Notes: generated from the sequence alone by a model not told the origin. DNA of 63,907 nt, filler included, from Octopus bimaculoides (GCF_001194135.2; 4 parts of 4 records of this genome joined end to end with filler, not necessarily neighbours in it), one strand, 5' to 3'. Positions 51,490-63,907 are shown, numbered from the whole stretch's first letter. Numbers and translations: made by a program.

Positions 51490-52090
51490 TATATATATAT
51501 ATAATTATATATCCGTGCGCGCTGTGGTTGTGTATATATAATGAAAAGATATGATGCACAGACGTACACAGGCGCGCGCGGAGGGTTGTGATAGGTAGGT
51601 AGGCCTACGCGCGCCTGTCTGTCTCACAAATTAAGAAGAAGAAAAAAAAAACCAGCCGCCTAGAGAGAGAGAACAAGATCAAGAAATGAGAAATAAAGAT
51701 TGCCGTCGTGTAAAAGAGAAGTGATGGCCTTGTCGTATGGAGAGAGAGAGAGCTTAGAGGTAGGCTAAAAGTGAACCACATCTATGATAATTGCTCATGA
51801 TCATCACCTCACATGTTGTTATGTGGGCTGTTTACACGTTATCGTCTCTTCCTCTTCCCCCTCTTTTTAACCACTTGATGATAATACACCGAATACCCCC
51901 TCCCTCATATCTTAAGGCAGCAAAACATGAGCGCTTTTACCCACGTCACTCCTTCGTCCTCTCCCCCTCCTCCCACTCCGGCATTAGCCTTTCCCTCGAA
52001 ACCCGCCCAAGTCGGCGCCATCAAACGGGACAATGAGTTACACTCTCAAAAGTAGTACTCCGTCATTATCGACGATTGGCGTCAAATATA
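51490..52090. promoter_or_regulatory. Candidate CpG-rich promoter/regulatory island
   Basis: Unique sequence with visibly more CpG than its surroundings; TGACGT (minus, 51943-51948), GC box cccgccc (52002-52008), cgccat (52016-52021), ATTGG/CCAAT (52075-52079). Confidence 0.4.
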
Positions 52091-52287
52091 ATGAAAAATA
52101 ATAAAGATAAAAAAAATATAAATGTATAAATAAATGAAAGAAAATACTGAGTAATAAAATAAAAAAAGACTTGCTACCTCTTCTTCTCGAACCCCAGAAC
52201 TCCTCCCTTGCCTCCCTTCGTCGGCCCGTCTAGCTATCGTTTTTGCTTTTTTTTTGCTCCTGTCTTTTTCTCTTCATACTTATTAAG

Positions 52288-52425
52288 ATGGCAAATTGGC
52301 AGAATCCGTTGTGCGTCGGACAAAATGCATAGCAGTATTACGTTTTAAATTCAAATCCTACCGAGTTCACTTTTGCCTTTCATCTTTTCCACGTCGATGA
52401 AATATAAATACCTGTGAAGTATTCC
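52288..52425 (+). mobile_element. SINE family A, partial
   Basis: tggcagaatccgtt..aaaatgcatagc..ttcaaatcctaccgag..ttttgcctttcatc..gtcgatgaaat. Confidence 0.7.
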
Positions 52426-52644
52426 AGTCGCTGTAATCATCTTCCCCACTCCCTTCAATATTTCTGACCAGAATTTGAATGAAATTGTTCCATATCTTCT
52501 TCAGTACCTTTCTTCTAGTTTTTATTTTCTCTCACTGAGACACTGTCTTGACGTATTTAATCCAGAACTTCCAGCTCCTGGGAGAGGTTCGGCTCATTTT
52601 CCCACTCTCTAGCTATGTTTAGGAGTTAATGATTATATTCCTTT

Positions 52645-53042
52645 TTAATTCTTTTTACTTATTTCAGTCCTTTGACTGCGGCCATGTTGGAGCACCGCCT
52701 TTAGTCGAACAAATCGACCCACGACTTATTCTTTGTAAGCGTCGTACTTATTCTATCGATCTCTTTTCCCGAACCACTAAGTTACGGGAACATAAACACA
52801 CCAACATCCGTTGGGGGACAAAGACACACACACACACACACACATACACACACACACACACACACATATATATATGATAGGCTTCTTTCAGTTTCTGTCT
52901 ACGAAATCCACACACAAGGCTTCTGGTCGGCCCGAGGCTATAGTAGGAGATACTTATCCCAGGTGCCACGCAGTAGGACTGAACTCGGAATCATGTGGTT
53001 GGGAAACAAGCTTCTTACCACACAGCCACTACTGTGCCTATA
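52645..53042 (-). mobile_element. SINE family B, full length with internal (CA)n/(TA)n
   Basis: Complete tail-microsatellite-head: gactgcggccatgttggagcaccgcc...(ac)n...ggcttctttcagtttc..ccaggtgccacgcagtaggactgaactcgg..ccacacagccac. Confidence 0.92.
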
Positions 53043-53899
53043 TGTATATATTTTCCCTATATGGTACCCCATACAACCAGGATAGAGGTCAAAACTTAGT
53101 GCTGATTCCATTGGTTTCTTTGTGGTTGAATTGCTAAGTTACGGGGATGTGAACAGACCAGCACCAATCGACAAACGATATTCACATGAATATAAACTAC
53201 AAGCATACTAGCACACGCAAGCACATACGCTAACTCACATATGCACGCAGATACACGAGCGCACACGTACACTTATGTACATATGCGCGCACGTAAGCGC
53301 AACAATGCACACACATACACATACATCATGCCCGCGCATATACGTACACTCACATTCATATATGACTATGCTAATTAAATACTGACTCGATTGCGCACAC
53401 CTGCTCTTTATTCAACTGGGCAGCTATTTGCAACATCAGTGTATGTCCTATATCAGAGACAATAAATTATTGCTCCAGCATGTGGCTGGCTGCGATTGCG
53501 CGCCATTGAAAGAAGCGCAAAAAACACCGAAGTGTATTTGGCGATCACGTTGGCTGCTGCTAGGTAGAATTTTCGTCTTCCTCCGATGTTTGCTGTAGTT
53601 TGAACACAGCAAGTCCATTAAGGGACGAATACAGCAATAACTGACCTATCATCGGTGTATATGCACTAAGCAGGAGAGATATCTAGTTTAATTTAATTCT
53701 ACTTCGATAACGCATACTTGATGGATCATTTTCCTCTCATCTTCATTTTAGTGTCCATTTTTCCATGCTAGCATGGGTCGGCGGGAGTTTAAGGCACATT
53801 TTCTATGACTGAATATGTATATATATATAACGTAATTTAGTTGTGTATATTTACAAATTCTGTAGGTATGTGTGTATATATATGCGTGCGTGTGTGTAT

Positions 53900-54235
53900 A
53901 ACAGAATGAGATAAAAATCCAAGGCTGTGAAAGTTTTCAGAACATTTATAAAGAGAAGTTCTTAGAGCTGTTTCCGGGATGTTTTATATATCCCTTCATC
54001 ACAGACGGTGCGAGAAAATGTTTAAGTAATAGTTATTATAGAGAAGATATGAAATACAGGGTGAAGTGGAGGAATGAAAACAAGCGTGAGATACGTAAGA
54101 ATATTGTATTTGCAGTTCCATTATTTAAGCAGAATGGTGTATCATCATCGAACCTGACTTAACTATAGTCTGTCCAAAACACTTATTCAGCATTATCTGA
54201 CACCTTTGCGTCTTCTTGACACCAATACCTCTCAT
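53900..54235 (-). mobile_element. Probable PLE pseudo-LTR with hammerhead-like motif
   Basis: Minus strand gTGATGA-a-gggat-atataaaac-atccc-g-GAAAC-agctc-ta (54005-53961); flanked on both sides by TA/TG-rich repeats. Confidence 0.5.
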
Positions 54236-54479
54236 ACCCTATATATATATGTATATATATATCAGAGACCAAAGTGCATGTACGCCGCTATATTCTCTTA
54301 TACATAAAAGAACACAAAAATGGGACAAAAACGCAAAACATCCAGACAGACGACACGAAGAAAACAAGGACGGGTCATTCAGGGTTTTCTTTCCTCAGTC
54401 GAGTCCCAGATTATCTTTGCATTTCTATGACTGAATAAATAAATAAATATATATATATTTATATGTGTGTGTGTAGATA

Positions 54480-54538
<59 letters not shown>

Positions 54539-55212
54539 NNNNNNNNNNNNNNNNNNNNNNNNNNNNNNNNNNNNNNNNNNNNNNNNNNNNNNNNNNNNNN
54601 NNNNNNNNNNNNNNNNNNNNNNNNNNNNNNNNNNNNNNNNNNNNNNNNNNNNNNNNNNNNNNNNNNNNNNNNNNNNNNNNNNNNNNNNNNNNNNNNNNNN
54701 NNNNNNNNNNNNNNNNNNNNNNNNNNNNNNNNNNNNNNNNNNNNNNNNNNNNNNNNNNNNNNNNNNNNNNNNNNNNNNNNNNNNNNNNNNNNNNNNNNNN
54801 NNNNNNNNNNNNNNNNNNNNNNNNNNNNNNNNNNNNNNNNNNNNNNNNNNNNNNNNNNNNNNNNNNNNNNNNNNNNNNNNNNNNNNNNNNNNNNNNNNNN
54901 NNNNNNNNNNNNNNNNNNNNNNNNNNNNNNNNNNNNNNNNNNNNNNNNNNNNNNNNNNNNNNNNNNNNNNNNNNNNNNNNNNNNNNNNNNNNNNNNNNNN
55001 NNNNNNNNNNNNNNNNNNNNNNNNNNNNNNNNNNNNNNNNNNNNNNNNNNNNNNNNNNNNNNNNNNNNNNNNNNNNNNNNNNNNNNNNNNNNNNNNNNNN
55101 NNNNNNNNNNNNNNNNNNNNNNNNNNNNNNNNNNNNNNNNNNNNNNNNNNNNNNNNNNNNNNNNNNNNNNNNNNNNNNNNNNNNNNNNNNNNNNNNNNNN
55201 NNNNNNNNNNNN

Positions 55213-55285
<73 letters not shown>

Positions 55286-55299
55286 TTATTCTTTTATAT

Positions 55300-55560
55300 G
55301 CTTCAGCCTTGAGGGTGCTGCTATGCTGGCGCACCGCCATTGTAAGTCACCTTTTAATTGACTAATTCTTTGGGTTTGGCTTTTGGTGAAGGAGTAAGTT
55401 CGATGTCGCTGCCCACTTTTGAGTTTCCTGCTTTGACATTGGTTCATCTGGGATCTTAGATAGTTAGAGGTCAAGTTAGAGGTCTTGAAAATATCTAGTC
55501 CCATTCCATGGAGATCCCTCAGATGTTTTGGCAAGGAGTTAAATAGCTGTGGGTCAAGGA
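55300..55560 (-). mobile_element. CR1/L2-like LINE 3' end
   Basis: GPQLFNS/LPKHLRDLHGMGLDIFK..YL resembles the LFNxLP...FKxxLDxxL C-terminus. Confidence 0.55.
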
Positions 55561-55738
55561 TCTCACAGCCTACTTATAAAGATAGAAATTCCAGAGTTTA
55601 GTAAAATGTTTTTTAATTAACATATAGGAATTAAGAAATGGAGTTAAACGCAGGTGTTATTCAAGTCTTTATACTTCCGACATATGTTTCGAAGAAAACA
55701 TTGGTATTCATGAGGGAATAAAATGATGTAAAATAATG

Positions 55739-56157
55739 TAAAAGGCAGATTGTATGACGCATATGTACGAACAGCCATGCAACATGGCAGTAAAACATGG
55801 GCCGTGACTGTTGAGGACATACGTAAGCTTGCAAGGAACGAAGCCAGTATGCTCCGCTGAATATGTAATGTCAGTGTGCATACTCGATAGAGTATAAGTA
55901 CCTTGAGAGAAAAGTTGGACCTAAGAAGCATCAGTTGTGGTGTGCAAGGGAGACGACTGCGCTGGTATGGTCATGTGGTGAGAATGGATGAGGATAGCTG
56001 TGTGAAAAAGTGTCACAGCCTAGCGGTTGAGGGTACCTGTGGAAGAGGTAGACCCATGAAGACCTGGGATGAGGTGGTGAACCACGACCATCGAACATTA
56101 GGCCTCACCGAGGCAATGACAAGTGACCGAGACCTTTGGAAATATGCTGTTTTTGAG
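55739..56157 (+). mobile_element. RTE-clade LINE 3' coding region
   Basis: VKGRLYDAYVRTAMQHGSKTWAV..EASMLR*I..RRLRWYGHVVRMDED..GRGRPMKTWDEVV..DRDLWK. Confidence 0.92.
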
Positions 56158-56257
56158 NNNNNNNNNNNNNNNNNNNNNNNNNNNNNNNNNNNNNNNNNNN
56201 NTTAATTAATTAANNNNNNNNNNNNNNNNNNNNNNNNNNNNNNNNNNNNNNNNNNNN

Positions 56258-56295
<38 letters not shown>

Positions 56296-56465
56296 TACAT
56301 GTACATATGTATATGTATAGATATGCATATACAAACACATAATATATATATATGTAAGTATGTATATGTGTGCATATATATGCCTATATTACAGGGAGTT
56401 TTCTATATGAACAGTTCATTTAACCATACTACCCAGAAATATATAGATCTCTTGACAAAACAAAT

Positions 56466-56501
<36 letters not shown>

Positions 56502-57006
56502 ATTAACAAATTTTAATAAACCTTTATACCTTCATATACGCACACATACATACATACATTAACACACTTATATAATGTTACAAACAGTAACACATATAAT
56601 GCTTCAAACACTTATACACACTTACATACACAGACACACATACATAATTCTTAATAAATATAGAGTGTAATCATAAATATATGTGTGTGTATATGTGTGT
56701 GTGTATGTGTGTGTGTGTGTGTACGTACAAAGCATTATACAAATGTGTGTGCATGTGAAGTAATATATCAGTGTATTAATGTGTGTATGTATAAGGTATT
56801 ATATATAAACACGTGTGTACATGTGAAAGACTTTATCTAATAAATGTGTGTATACATGTGAAGGTCTATATGTATAAGTGTGTGTATATAAGTGTTGTAT
56901 GTATGTCTAAGCTGTGTGAGTGTGTGTGTGAAGGAATTATGTAAATATGTGTGTATAGGTGTGAAGGCTTATGTAAATGTGTATATCTGTGTGTGTATGT
57001 GTGTGT

Positions 57007-57043
<37 letters not shown>

Positions 57044-57781
57044 GGAGTTATGTTAATTTATTAATGTATATATATATGTGCTAACTTATGCATAAGTATG
57101 TGTATGTTTGTGTGTGTGTATAAACGCATTTGTGTGTGTGTGATACTTAGGCAAGATGTGTGTGAGTAAAAGACGTATGCAAATGTAATAATGTGCATGT
57201 GTGTGTATGTGTATGCTTGCGTGTGACTGAAAGCTTATGTAAGTGTGTATAAGAGTGTGTGTGTGTGTGTGTGTGATACTTAGGCAAGGTGTCAATATGA
57301 TTACCTACTGCAAGCTCTGCAACTTCCTCTTCCGGTTGTAAGCCGACTTCCTGTCTCACAGTGAAACAATCCACTTAAATCTCACCTCCCACCTCCGCCC
57401 CCACCCTCAGCCGCCATCCNNNNNNNNNNNNNNNNNNNNNNNNNNNNNNNNNNNNNNNNNNNNNNNNNNNNNNNNNNNNNNNNNNNNNNNNNNNNNNNNN
57501 NNNNNNNNNNNNNNNNNNNNNNNNNNNNNNNNNNNNNNNNNNNNNNNNNNNNNNNNNNNNNNNNNNNNNNNNNNNNNNNNNNNNNNNNNNNNNNNNNNNN
57601 NNNNNNNNNNNNNNNNNNNNNNNNNNNNNNNNNNNNNNNNNNNNNNNNNNNNNNNNNNNNNNNNNNNNNNNNNNNNNNNNNNNNNNNNNNNNNNNNNNNN
57701 NNNNNNNNNNNNNNNNNNNNNNNNNNNNNNNNNNNNNNNNNNNNNNNNNNNNNNNNNNNNNNNNNNNNNNNNNNNNNNNNN

Positions 57782-57819
<38 letters not shown>

Positions 57820-57942
57820 TTACACACACATATATATATCCATACACACACATATATGTACATCTATACATACACGCAACATATATATATATCTTTCTAC
57901 ATGCATGTGTGTGTGTCTATAATGTATATATATGTTTGTATG

Positions 57943-57975
<33 letters not shown>

Positions 57976-58342
57976 GTATATGTATGTATGTATGTATATA
58001 CACATTTATGTACATGTATGTAGGCATGTGTATATATATATATATAATTACACACAAAAATACCATCCATATATAGATATGTGTGTATGTGTATGCATGT
58101 ATGTGTGTATGCATGTGTGTGAGCACGTGTACACACCCATACCCCCTCACACATATATATATACACGCACACACACACCTAATAGACCAGGAATAAGAGA
58201 CGCAGCCAGAAGTGGTGGGGAGACATTTAACTAGTTATAAGATTTATGACAAATTTCTATCAAGAAATAAATATATAAATCTTCATAAGTGTTCTCATAC
58301 ATCTCATACACCTCTGAATACACACACCTACAAATATATACA

Positions 58343-58391
<49 letters not shown>

Positions 58392-58509
58392 NNNNNNNNN
58401 NNNNNNNNNNNNNNNNNNNNTATACATACATACACACACAAAGGTACTAAATGAATAAATTGATATTCTGTTAATGCTATAAACAGTCTGGAAATATCAC
58501 CTGGATGTG

Positions 58510-58552
<43 letters not shown>

Positions 58553-58718
58553 GTGTATGTGTGTGTATATATATGTTTGTATGTATTTATAAATAGCATC
58601 TGTCCATAAACAGGCTCACTCCATTTTGCTGTGGTACTTGAATAGAGAAAAATATCTTTAGTTGAAGATTCAACAAATAGACACAAGATGTGATAAAATT
58701 TAACTTGGTGTAAGTATG

Positions 58719-58754
<36 letters not shown>

Positions 58755-58769
58755 TTCATATATATATTC

Positions 58770-59141
58770 TCTACTCTTTACTTGTGTAAGTCATTTAACT
58801 GCAGCCATGCTGGAGCACTGCCTTTAGTCGAACAAATCGATCCCAGTACTTATTCTTTGTAAGCCTAGTACTTATTCTGTCAGTTTCTGTTGCTAAACCG
58901 CAAAGTTACGTGGGCATAAACACACCAGCATCGGGTGTCAAGCGATGGTGGGGTTACAAACACAAACACACACATATATGCTACGGGCTTCTTTCAGTTT
59001 CCATCTATCAAATCCACTCATACGGTTTTGGTCAGACTGAGACTATAGTAGAAGACACTTTCCCAAGGTGCCACGCAGTGGGAATGAACCCGGAACCATG
59101 TAGTTGGTAAGCAAGCTACTTACCATACAGCCACACCTGCG

Positions 59142-59145
<4 letters not shown>
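58770..59145 (-). mobile_element. SINE family B, full length
   Basis: Same tail-microsatellite-head structure as 52645-53042. Confidence 0.92.
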
Positions 59146-59183
<38 letters not shown>

Positions 59184-59194
59184 TACACACATTT

Positions 59195-59840
59195 ACCCAG
59201 ATATGTGACTATGTGGCATGATGTTTGCTTTTCAATGACATGGATCCAGGTTCAGTCCCACTGCATGGCACCTTGGGCAACTGTCTTCTACTATAGCCTC
59301 GGGCCGACCAAAACCTTGTGAGTGGATATGGTAGACGGAAACTGAAAGTAGCCCATCATATATATATATTTTTTCAAAATGTAACCACATGTGGATTGTT
59401 GGCAATTATTTTTCCCCTGTTTTCCTTTTCTCTTGGACTTTCCGCTGTCTCCTGTTTCTGACGAAGAGCTTTGCTTTAAACATAAAACTACCTTTCTTTC
59501 CTTCCCTTAGCATCTGCTAATACTTTGCATGTACCACATCCTCGCGTTGTTGTTTTCTTTCTTGTGTTTGTTCTTCGTTTTTTGGGGGTTAACTATATAT
59601 ATATATATGTGTGTGTGTTTATGTGAGTGTGTCTGTGGTTGTCACTCTACCATTGCTTGACATCTGATGCTGGTGTGTTTATGTCTTTGTAAATTAGCAG
59701 TTCAGCAAAAGAGACTGATAGAATAAGTACTAAGCTTGCATAGAATAAATCCTGAGGTTGATTTGTTCAACTAAAAACCCTTTAAGGTGGTGCTCCAGTA
59801 TGGCCACAGTCAATTGACAGAAGCAAGTAAAAGAATAAAA
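59195..59840 (+). mobile_element. SINE family B (head 59195-59362, tail 59620-59840) with a nested ~230 bp hammerhead-like unit
   Basis: Head ggttcagtcccactgcatggcaccttgggcaa; insert with CTGACGA-agagc-ttt-gctt-tAAAC-ata (59458-59484) between TA runs; tail gactgatagaataagtact. Confidence 0.75.
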
Positions 59841-60084
59841 GAATATATCGCTGCTATTTTGTTAACTGTCGTATGTCCATATTTGACCAGTTGTGTTTTT
59901 CTCAATATTTATATTTGCTTGCAAGAGCCAGTTCTTTTGGTCAAACTATCATATCTCCAGCTGCTTCAGATGCCAAGATATCAAGAATTGTCAAAGTGTA
60001 GTAGAACGGTTTTGCTATGGAATGGTGAAACTATTTTTTCATTTCCTGAAAAACACTTTTGCATAATATTAACAATATATATAT

Positions 60085-60144
<60 letters not shown>

Positions 60145-60204
60145 GTGTATGTATAAGCCTACTTGGAAATGGATGTGTGGCATTCAATGAAATGATAATA
60201 TAAA

Positions 60205-60374
60205 TAATATATTGGAAGGCTGGTCCATCACAGGGTGACCCATTAACAGTTGAGTGGACGGGAGCAACATGAAATGAAGTGTCTTGCTCAAGGACACAAC
60301 ACGCCACTGGGAATTGAACTGACAACTTTAAGATCATGAGCCGCATACCCCTAACCACTAAGCCATGCACCTTC
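60205..60374 (-). mobile_element. tRNA-derived SINE, third type
   Basis: Minus strand tggcttagtggttagggg..gttcaattccc..tgtgtccttgagcaagacact..ccctgtgatggaccagcc. Confidence 0.75.
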
Positions 60375-60584
60375 ACTAATATAATATGTAGTTACAACAA
60401 AAACAGAACACAGTACCTGGTCTAGGAATTGAACTCACAACCTAGCAATTGTGAGTGCAGCACTCTAACCGCTGTGCCAAACATATATGTGTGTGTGTGT
60501 CTATGCATGTATTGTGTGATTCTGTAGTGGTGGTGGTAGCAGTGACAGTGACATTTCGACAGAGTGCCAGTGGATTGACAGAGA

Positions 60585-60970
60585 ATGGATGGCACTCTGT
60601 CGCTTACAACGTCGAGGGTTTCAGTTGATCCGATCAACGGAACAGCCTACTCGTGAAATCAACTTGTAAGTGGCTGAGCACTCCACAGACACGTGTACTC
60701 TTAATGTAGTTCCCGGGGACATTCAGCGTGACACAGAGTGTGACAAGGCTGGCCCTTTGAATTACAGGCACAACAGAAACAGGAAGTAAAAGTGAGAAAA
60801 ACTTGTGGTGAAAGAGTACAGCAGGGTTCGCCACCATCCCCTGCCGGAGCCTCGTGGAGCTTTAGGTGTTTTCGCTCAATAAACACTCACAACGCCCGGT
60901 CTGAGAATCGAAACCGCAATCCTACAACTGCGAGTCTGCTACCCTAACCACTGGTCCATTGCACCTCCAC
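60585..60970 (-). mobile_element. tRNA-derived SINE, fourth type
   Basis: Minus-strand head ggaggtgcaatggaccagtggttagggtagcagactc..ggtttcgattc (A/B boxes) with a ~300 bp body. Confidence 0.65.
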
Positions 60971-61019
60971 CACTTTACACTGGGCCATTGCGACAGAGAA
61001 TAAGAGGAATTAGAGGGAG

Positions 61020-61310
61020 CACCCAACAAAACAATGGTTATATGGGAATGTTCCAACTATCTCATCAACCATCCAAGAGCGGAGATTGAGGTTTGATGGT
61101 CACTGCTGGAGAAGTAAAGAACTTGTGTGTAATGGGTTGCTGTGGACAACAAATCATGGTACCACAGCAGCTGGAAGACCATGGAAGATGTAGATACAAC
61201 AGCTTGCAGAAGATGTTGGATGCCATATTGAAGACCTGAAAATACTAATGGAAGATTGGAAGGGATGGAGAGAGGTAGCCGGGCTGGTCCGGGTAATCAG
61301 CTTTACTGGA
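61020..61310 (+). mobile_element. RTE-like LINE 3' end (same type as 40660-40870)
   Basis: PTKQWLYGNVPTISSTIQERRLRFDGHCWRSKE..LLWTTNHG..GRP. Confidence 0.8.
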
Positions 61311-61329
61311 TGATGTCTCGTTTAAAAAA

Positions 61330-61852
61330 AAGAAGGAAGATGCTGTGTGCAAGAGAGAAGACTGCGATGGTTTCGTCATATGATGTGGATGGATGCTGAC
61401 AACTCCATAATGAAATGCCAATTTCTTAAAGTGGATGGAACATGTGGAAGTGAGAGACCCAGGAAGACTTAGGATGAAGTAGTGAAGGACGAACTCAGGG
61501 TGCTGAACCTTTCAGGTGAAATGTCAAAAGCCCAAGATGCTTGGCGCCTTGTTGTATTCAAGAAGATGCATACTCCACGAAAGAATTGTTAAGGTGGCGC
61601 CCCCTGCGGAAGAGGATTGGCCTGCAATAGTCCTGTGCTGGTGCCACATAGAAGTGCTTGTGCAGTGCCATATAAAAGCACCCTACACAGTCTATTAACT
61701 GGTTGGTGTCAGGAAGGGCATCCAGCTGTGGAAACCAAGCCAAATCAGACTGGAATCTGGTGCAGCTCTCCAGCCTTGCCAGCCCTGGTCAAACCGTCCA
61801 ACCCATGCCAGCATCATCAACGGACAGTAAACGATGATGATGATGATGATGA
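61330..61852 (+). mobile_element. RTE LINE 3' end with 3'UTR and (GAT)n tail (same family as 55739-56157)
   Basis: VQERRLRWFRHM..GTCGSERPRKT*DEVV; UTR ggaagggcatccagctg..ccgtccaacccatgccagc ending in gatgatgat. Confidence 0.85.
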
Positions 61853-63044
61853 CAATGTTAATGGCGATGATGAGGACAATGATGCTGGTGATTATGATGT
61901 TGGTGGCATGGAAACACAAAAGACCAAAGACAAAATACAAAAAGAACAAAACAAAAACAAACAAATATCAAAGCAAATCTTGTGAAGAAAGAGACACGTG
62001 TTCAAATGACAGCTGATTGGTGGGTATGGTGGTGGTGGTGGTGGTGGTGGGAGGGAAGGGTAAATGAAATCTCTTTGNNNNNNNNNNNNNNNNNNNNNNN
62101 NNNNNNNNNNNNNNNNNNNNNNNNNNNNNNNNNNNNNNNNNNNNNNNNNNNNNNNNNNNNNNNNNNNNNNNNNNNNNNNNNNNNNNNNNNNNNNNNNNNN
62201 NNNNNNNNNNNNNNNNNNNNNNNNNNNNNNNNNNNNNNNNNNNNNNNNNNNNNNNNNNNNNNNNNNNNNNNNNNNNNNNNNNNNNNNNNNNNNNNNNNNN
62301 NNNNNNNNNNNNNNNNNNNNNNNNNNNNNNNNNNNNNNNNNNNNNNNNNNNNNNNNNNNNNNNNNNNNNNNNNNNNNNNNNNNNNNNNNNNNNNNNNNNN
62401 NNNNNNNNNNNNNNNNNNNNNNNNNNNNNNNNNNNNNNNNNNNNNNNNNNNNNNNNNNNNNNNNNNNNNNNNNNNNNNNNNNNNNNNNNNNNNNNNNNNN
62501 NNNNNNNNNNNNNNNNNNNNNNNNNNNNNNNNNNNNNNNNNNNNNNNNNNNNNNNNNNNNNNGTGGTGGTGAAGGTGGTGTTAGCAGTGGTGATGGTTAT
62601 GGTGGTGGTGGTGTGGTGGTGGTGGTGGTGGTGGTGGTAGTGGTGGTGGTGGCGGTAGTGGTGATGACAGTGATGGTGGTTTTAGTTGTGTTGATGGCAG
62701 TGGTAATGGAGGTGGTGATGGTGGCAGTGTTGATGACAAAGATTCTGATGGTCACAACAATGATGATGATTCTGGTGATGGTTAAAATGTTTAAAAGTAA
62801 TCTTACTCTCTTTTCTATCAAATTTGTGTTGTTTTTATTGTTTTTTCCTTCTCTTTTTCTTTAAATGGAATGGAAATGTAGGAGGTGTAGTGGTCATGGT
62901 AGGGTTGTGTGTTGAAGGGTCTGTGGTAAATGGGGTCGGATGTAAATGGGATGGGGATGGGCAGGTGTCAGTGGTGTTTGTTTACACCCGATTTCTTGAA
63001 AAGAGAGGAAGAGGTAGAAATGGAAAGACTGAGGTGGAAGGAGA

Positions 63045-63156
63045 GAGGAAGAGAGAGAAGAGGAAGAGAGAGAAGAGGAAGAGAGAGAAGAGGAAGAGAG
63101 AGAAGAGGAAGAGAGAGAAGAGGAAGAGAGAGAAGAGGAAGAGAGAGAAGAGGAAG
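63045..63156 (+). repeat. 15 bp purine minisatellite (gagagagaagaggaa) x~7
   Basis: Directly visible. Confidence 0.9.
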
Positions 63157-63378
63157 TACAAAGAGAAAGAAAGAAAGAAAGAAAGAAAGAAATAAAGAGA
63201 AAAAAAGAGAGAAAGGAAGAACGAGAGAGAGAGAGAGAAGGAGAGAAAGAAAGAACAAAAACAAAGAAATAAAGAAAGAAAGAAAGAATGAGAAAGAAGA
63301 AGAAAGAGATACAGAAAGAAAAAAAAAGAAGGAAAAAGAAGAAGGAAAAGTAAGAATACCTACACTTCCCCTATCCAG

Positions 63379-63437
<59 letters not shown>

Positions 63438-63642
63438 ATACATACATACTTACACACACGCATACACTCATATGTATATATACATATTATGGGCACATAT
63501 GAATACGTATATATGCGTGTATGTATGTGTGTATGTTTATAAACATATAAACATATCCGCGACTGTGTGCATGTATATCTATATATATTTATATCTGTGT
63601 TTGGGTGTGTATGTATATATATATATATATATNNNNNNNNNN

Positions 63643-63699
<57 letters not shown>

Positions 63700-63838
63700 T
63701 ATATATAAGGGTGTGTACATATATGTATGTGTGTATATCTATATACATTTATACTTGTGGGTGTATAAGTGTGTTGTGTATGTGTGTGTATAGGAGGTAT
63801 ATATATATAGGTGTATATATATGTGTACGGGTACACAT

Positions 63839-63876
<38 letters not shown>

Positions 63877-63907
63877 TGATAGATAAACACACCCACACAT
63901 ACAAGAG

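Overview
AT-rich eukaryotic DNA, almost certainly non-coding (intergenic or large-intron). About 7.5 kb (~12%) is N gaps, including three artificial 44N-TTAATTAATTAA-44N join spacers. The dense (CA)n/(TA)n/(TAA)n microsatellites and the repeat families look like a cephalopod (octopus-type) genome; this is an inference, not a database result. I found no intact host protein-coding gene, rRNA, functional tRNA or CRISPR array; most supplied ORFs are microsatellite or gap artefacts. The window is a graveyard of transposable elements: several Penelope-like retroelement (PLE) remnants, RTE/CR1/L1-type LINE 3' ends, five Tc1/mariner-superfamily remnants, a Helitron helicase fragment, MITE/foldback elements and at least four tRNA-derived SINE types. 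Two patterns stand out. (1) About a dozen minimal hammerhead-ribozyme-like motifs (CTGANGA-stemII-GAAA-palindromic stemIII), including a tandem triplet at 27.4 kb. (2) In three separate places, PLE-derived DNA sits inside the internal microsatellite of the same CORE-like SINE family, splitting its head from its tail, which suggests the SINE spreads landing pads for microsatellite-targeting PLEs. A CpG-rich promoter-like island lies at 51.5-52.1 kb. All family assignments come from motifs recognised by eye, and coordinates of degenerate elements are approximate.
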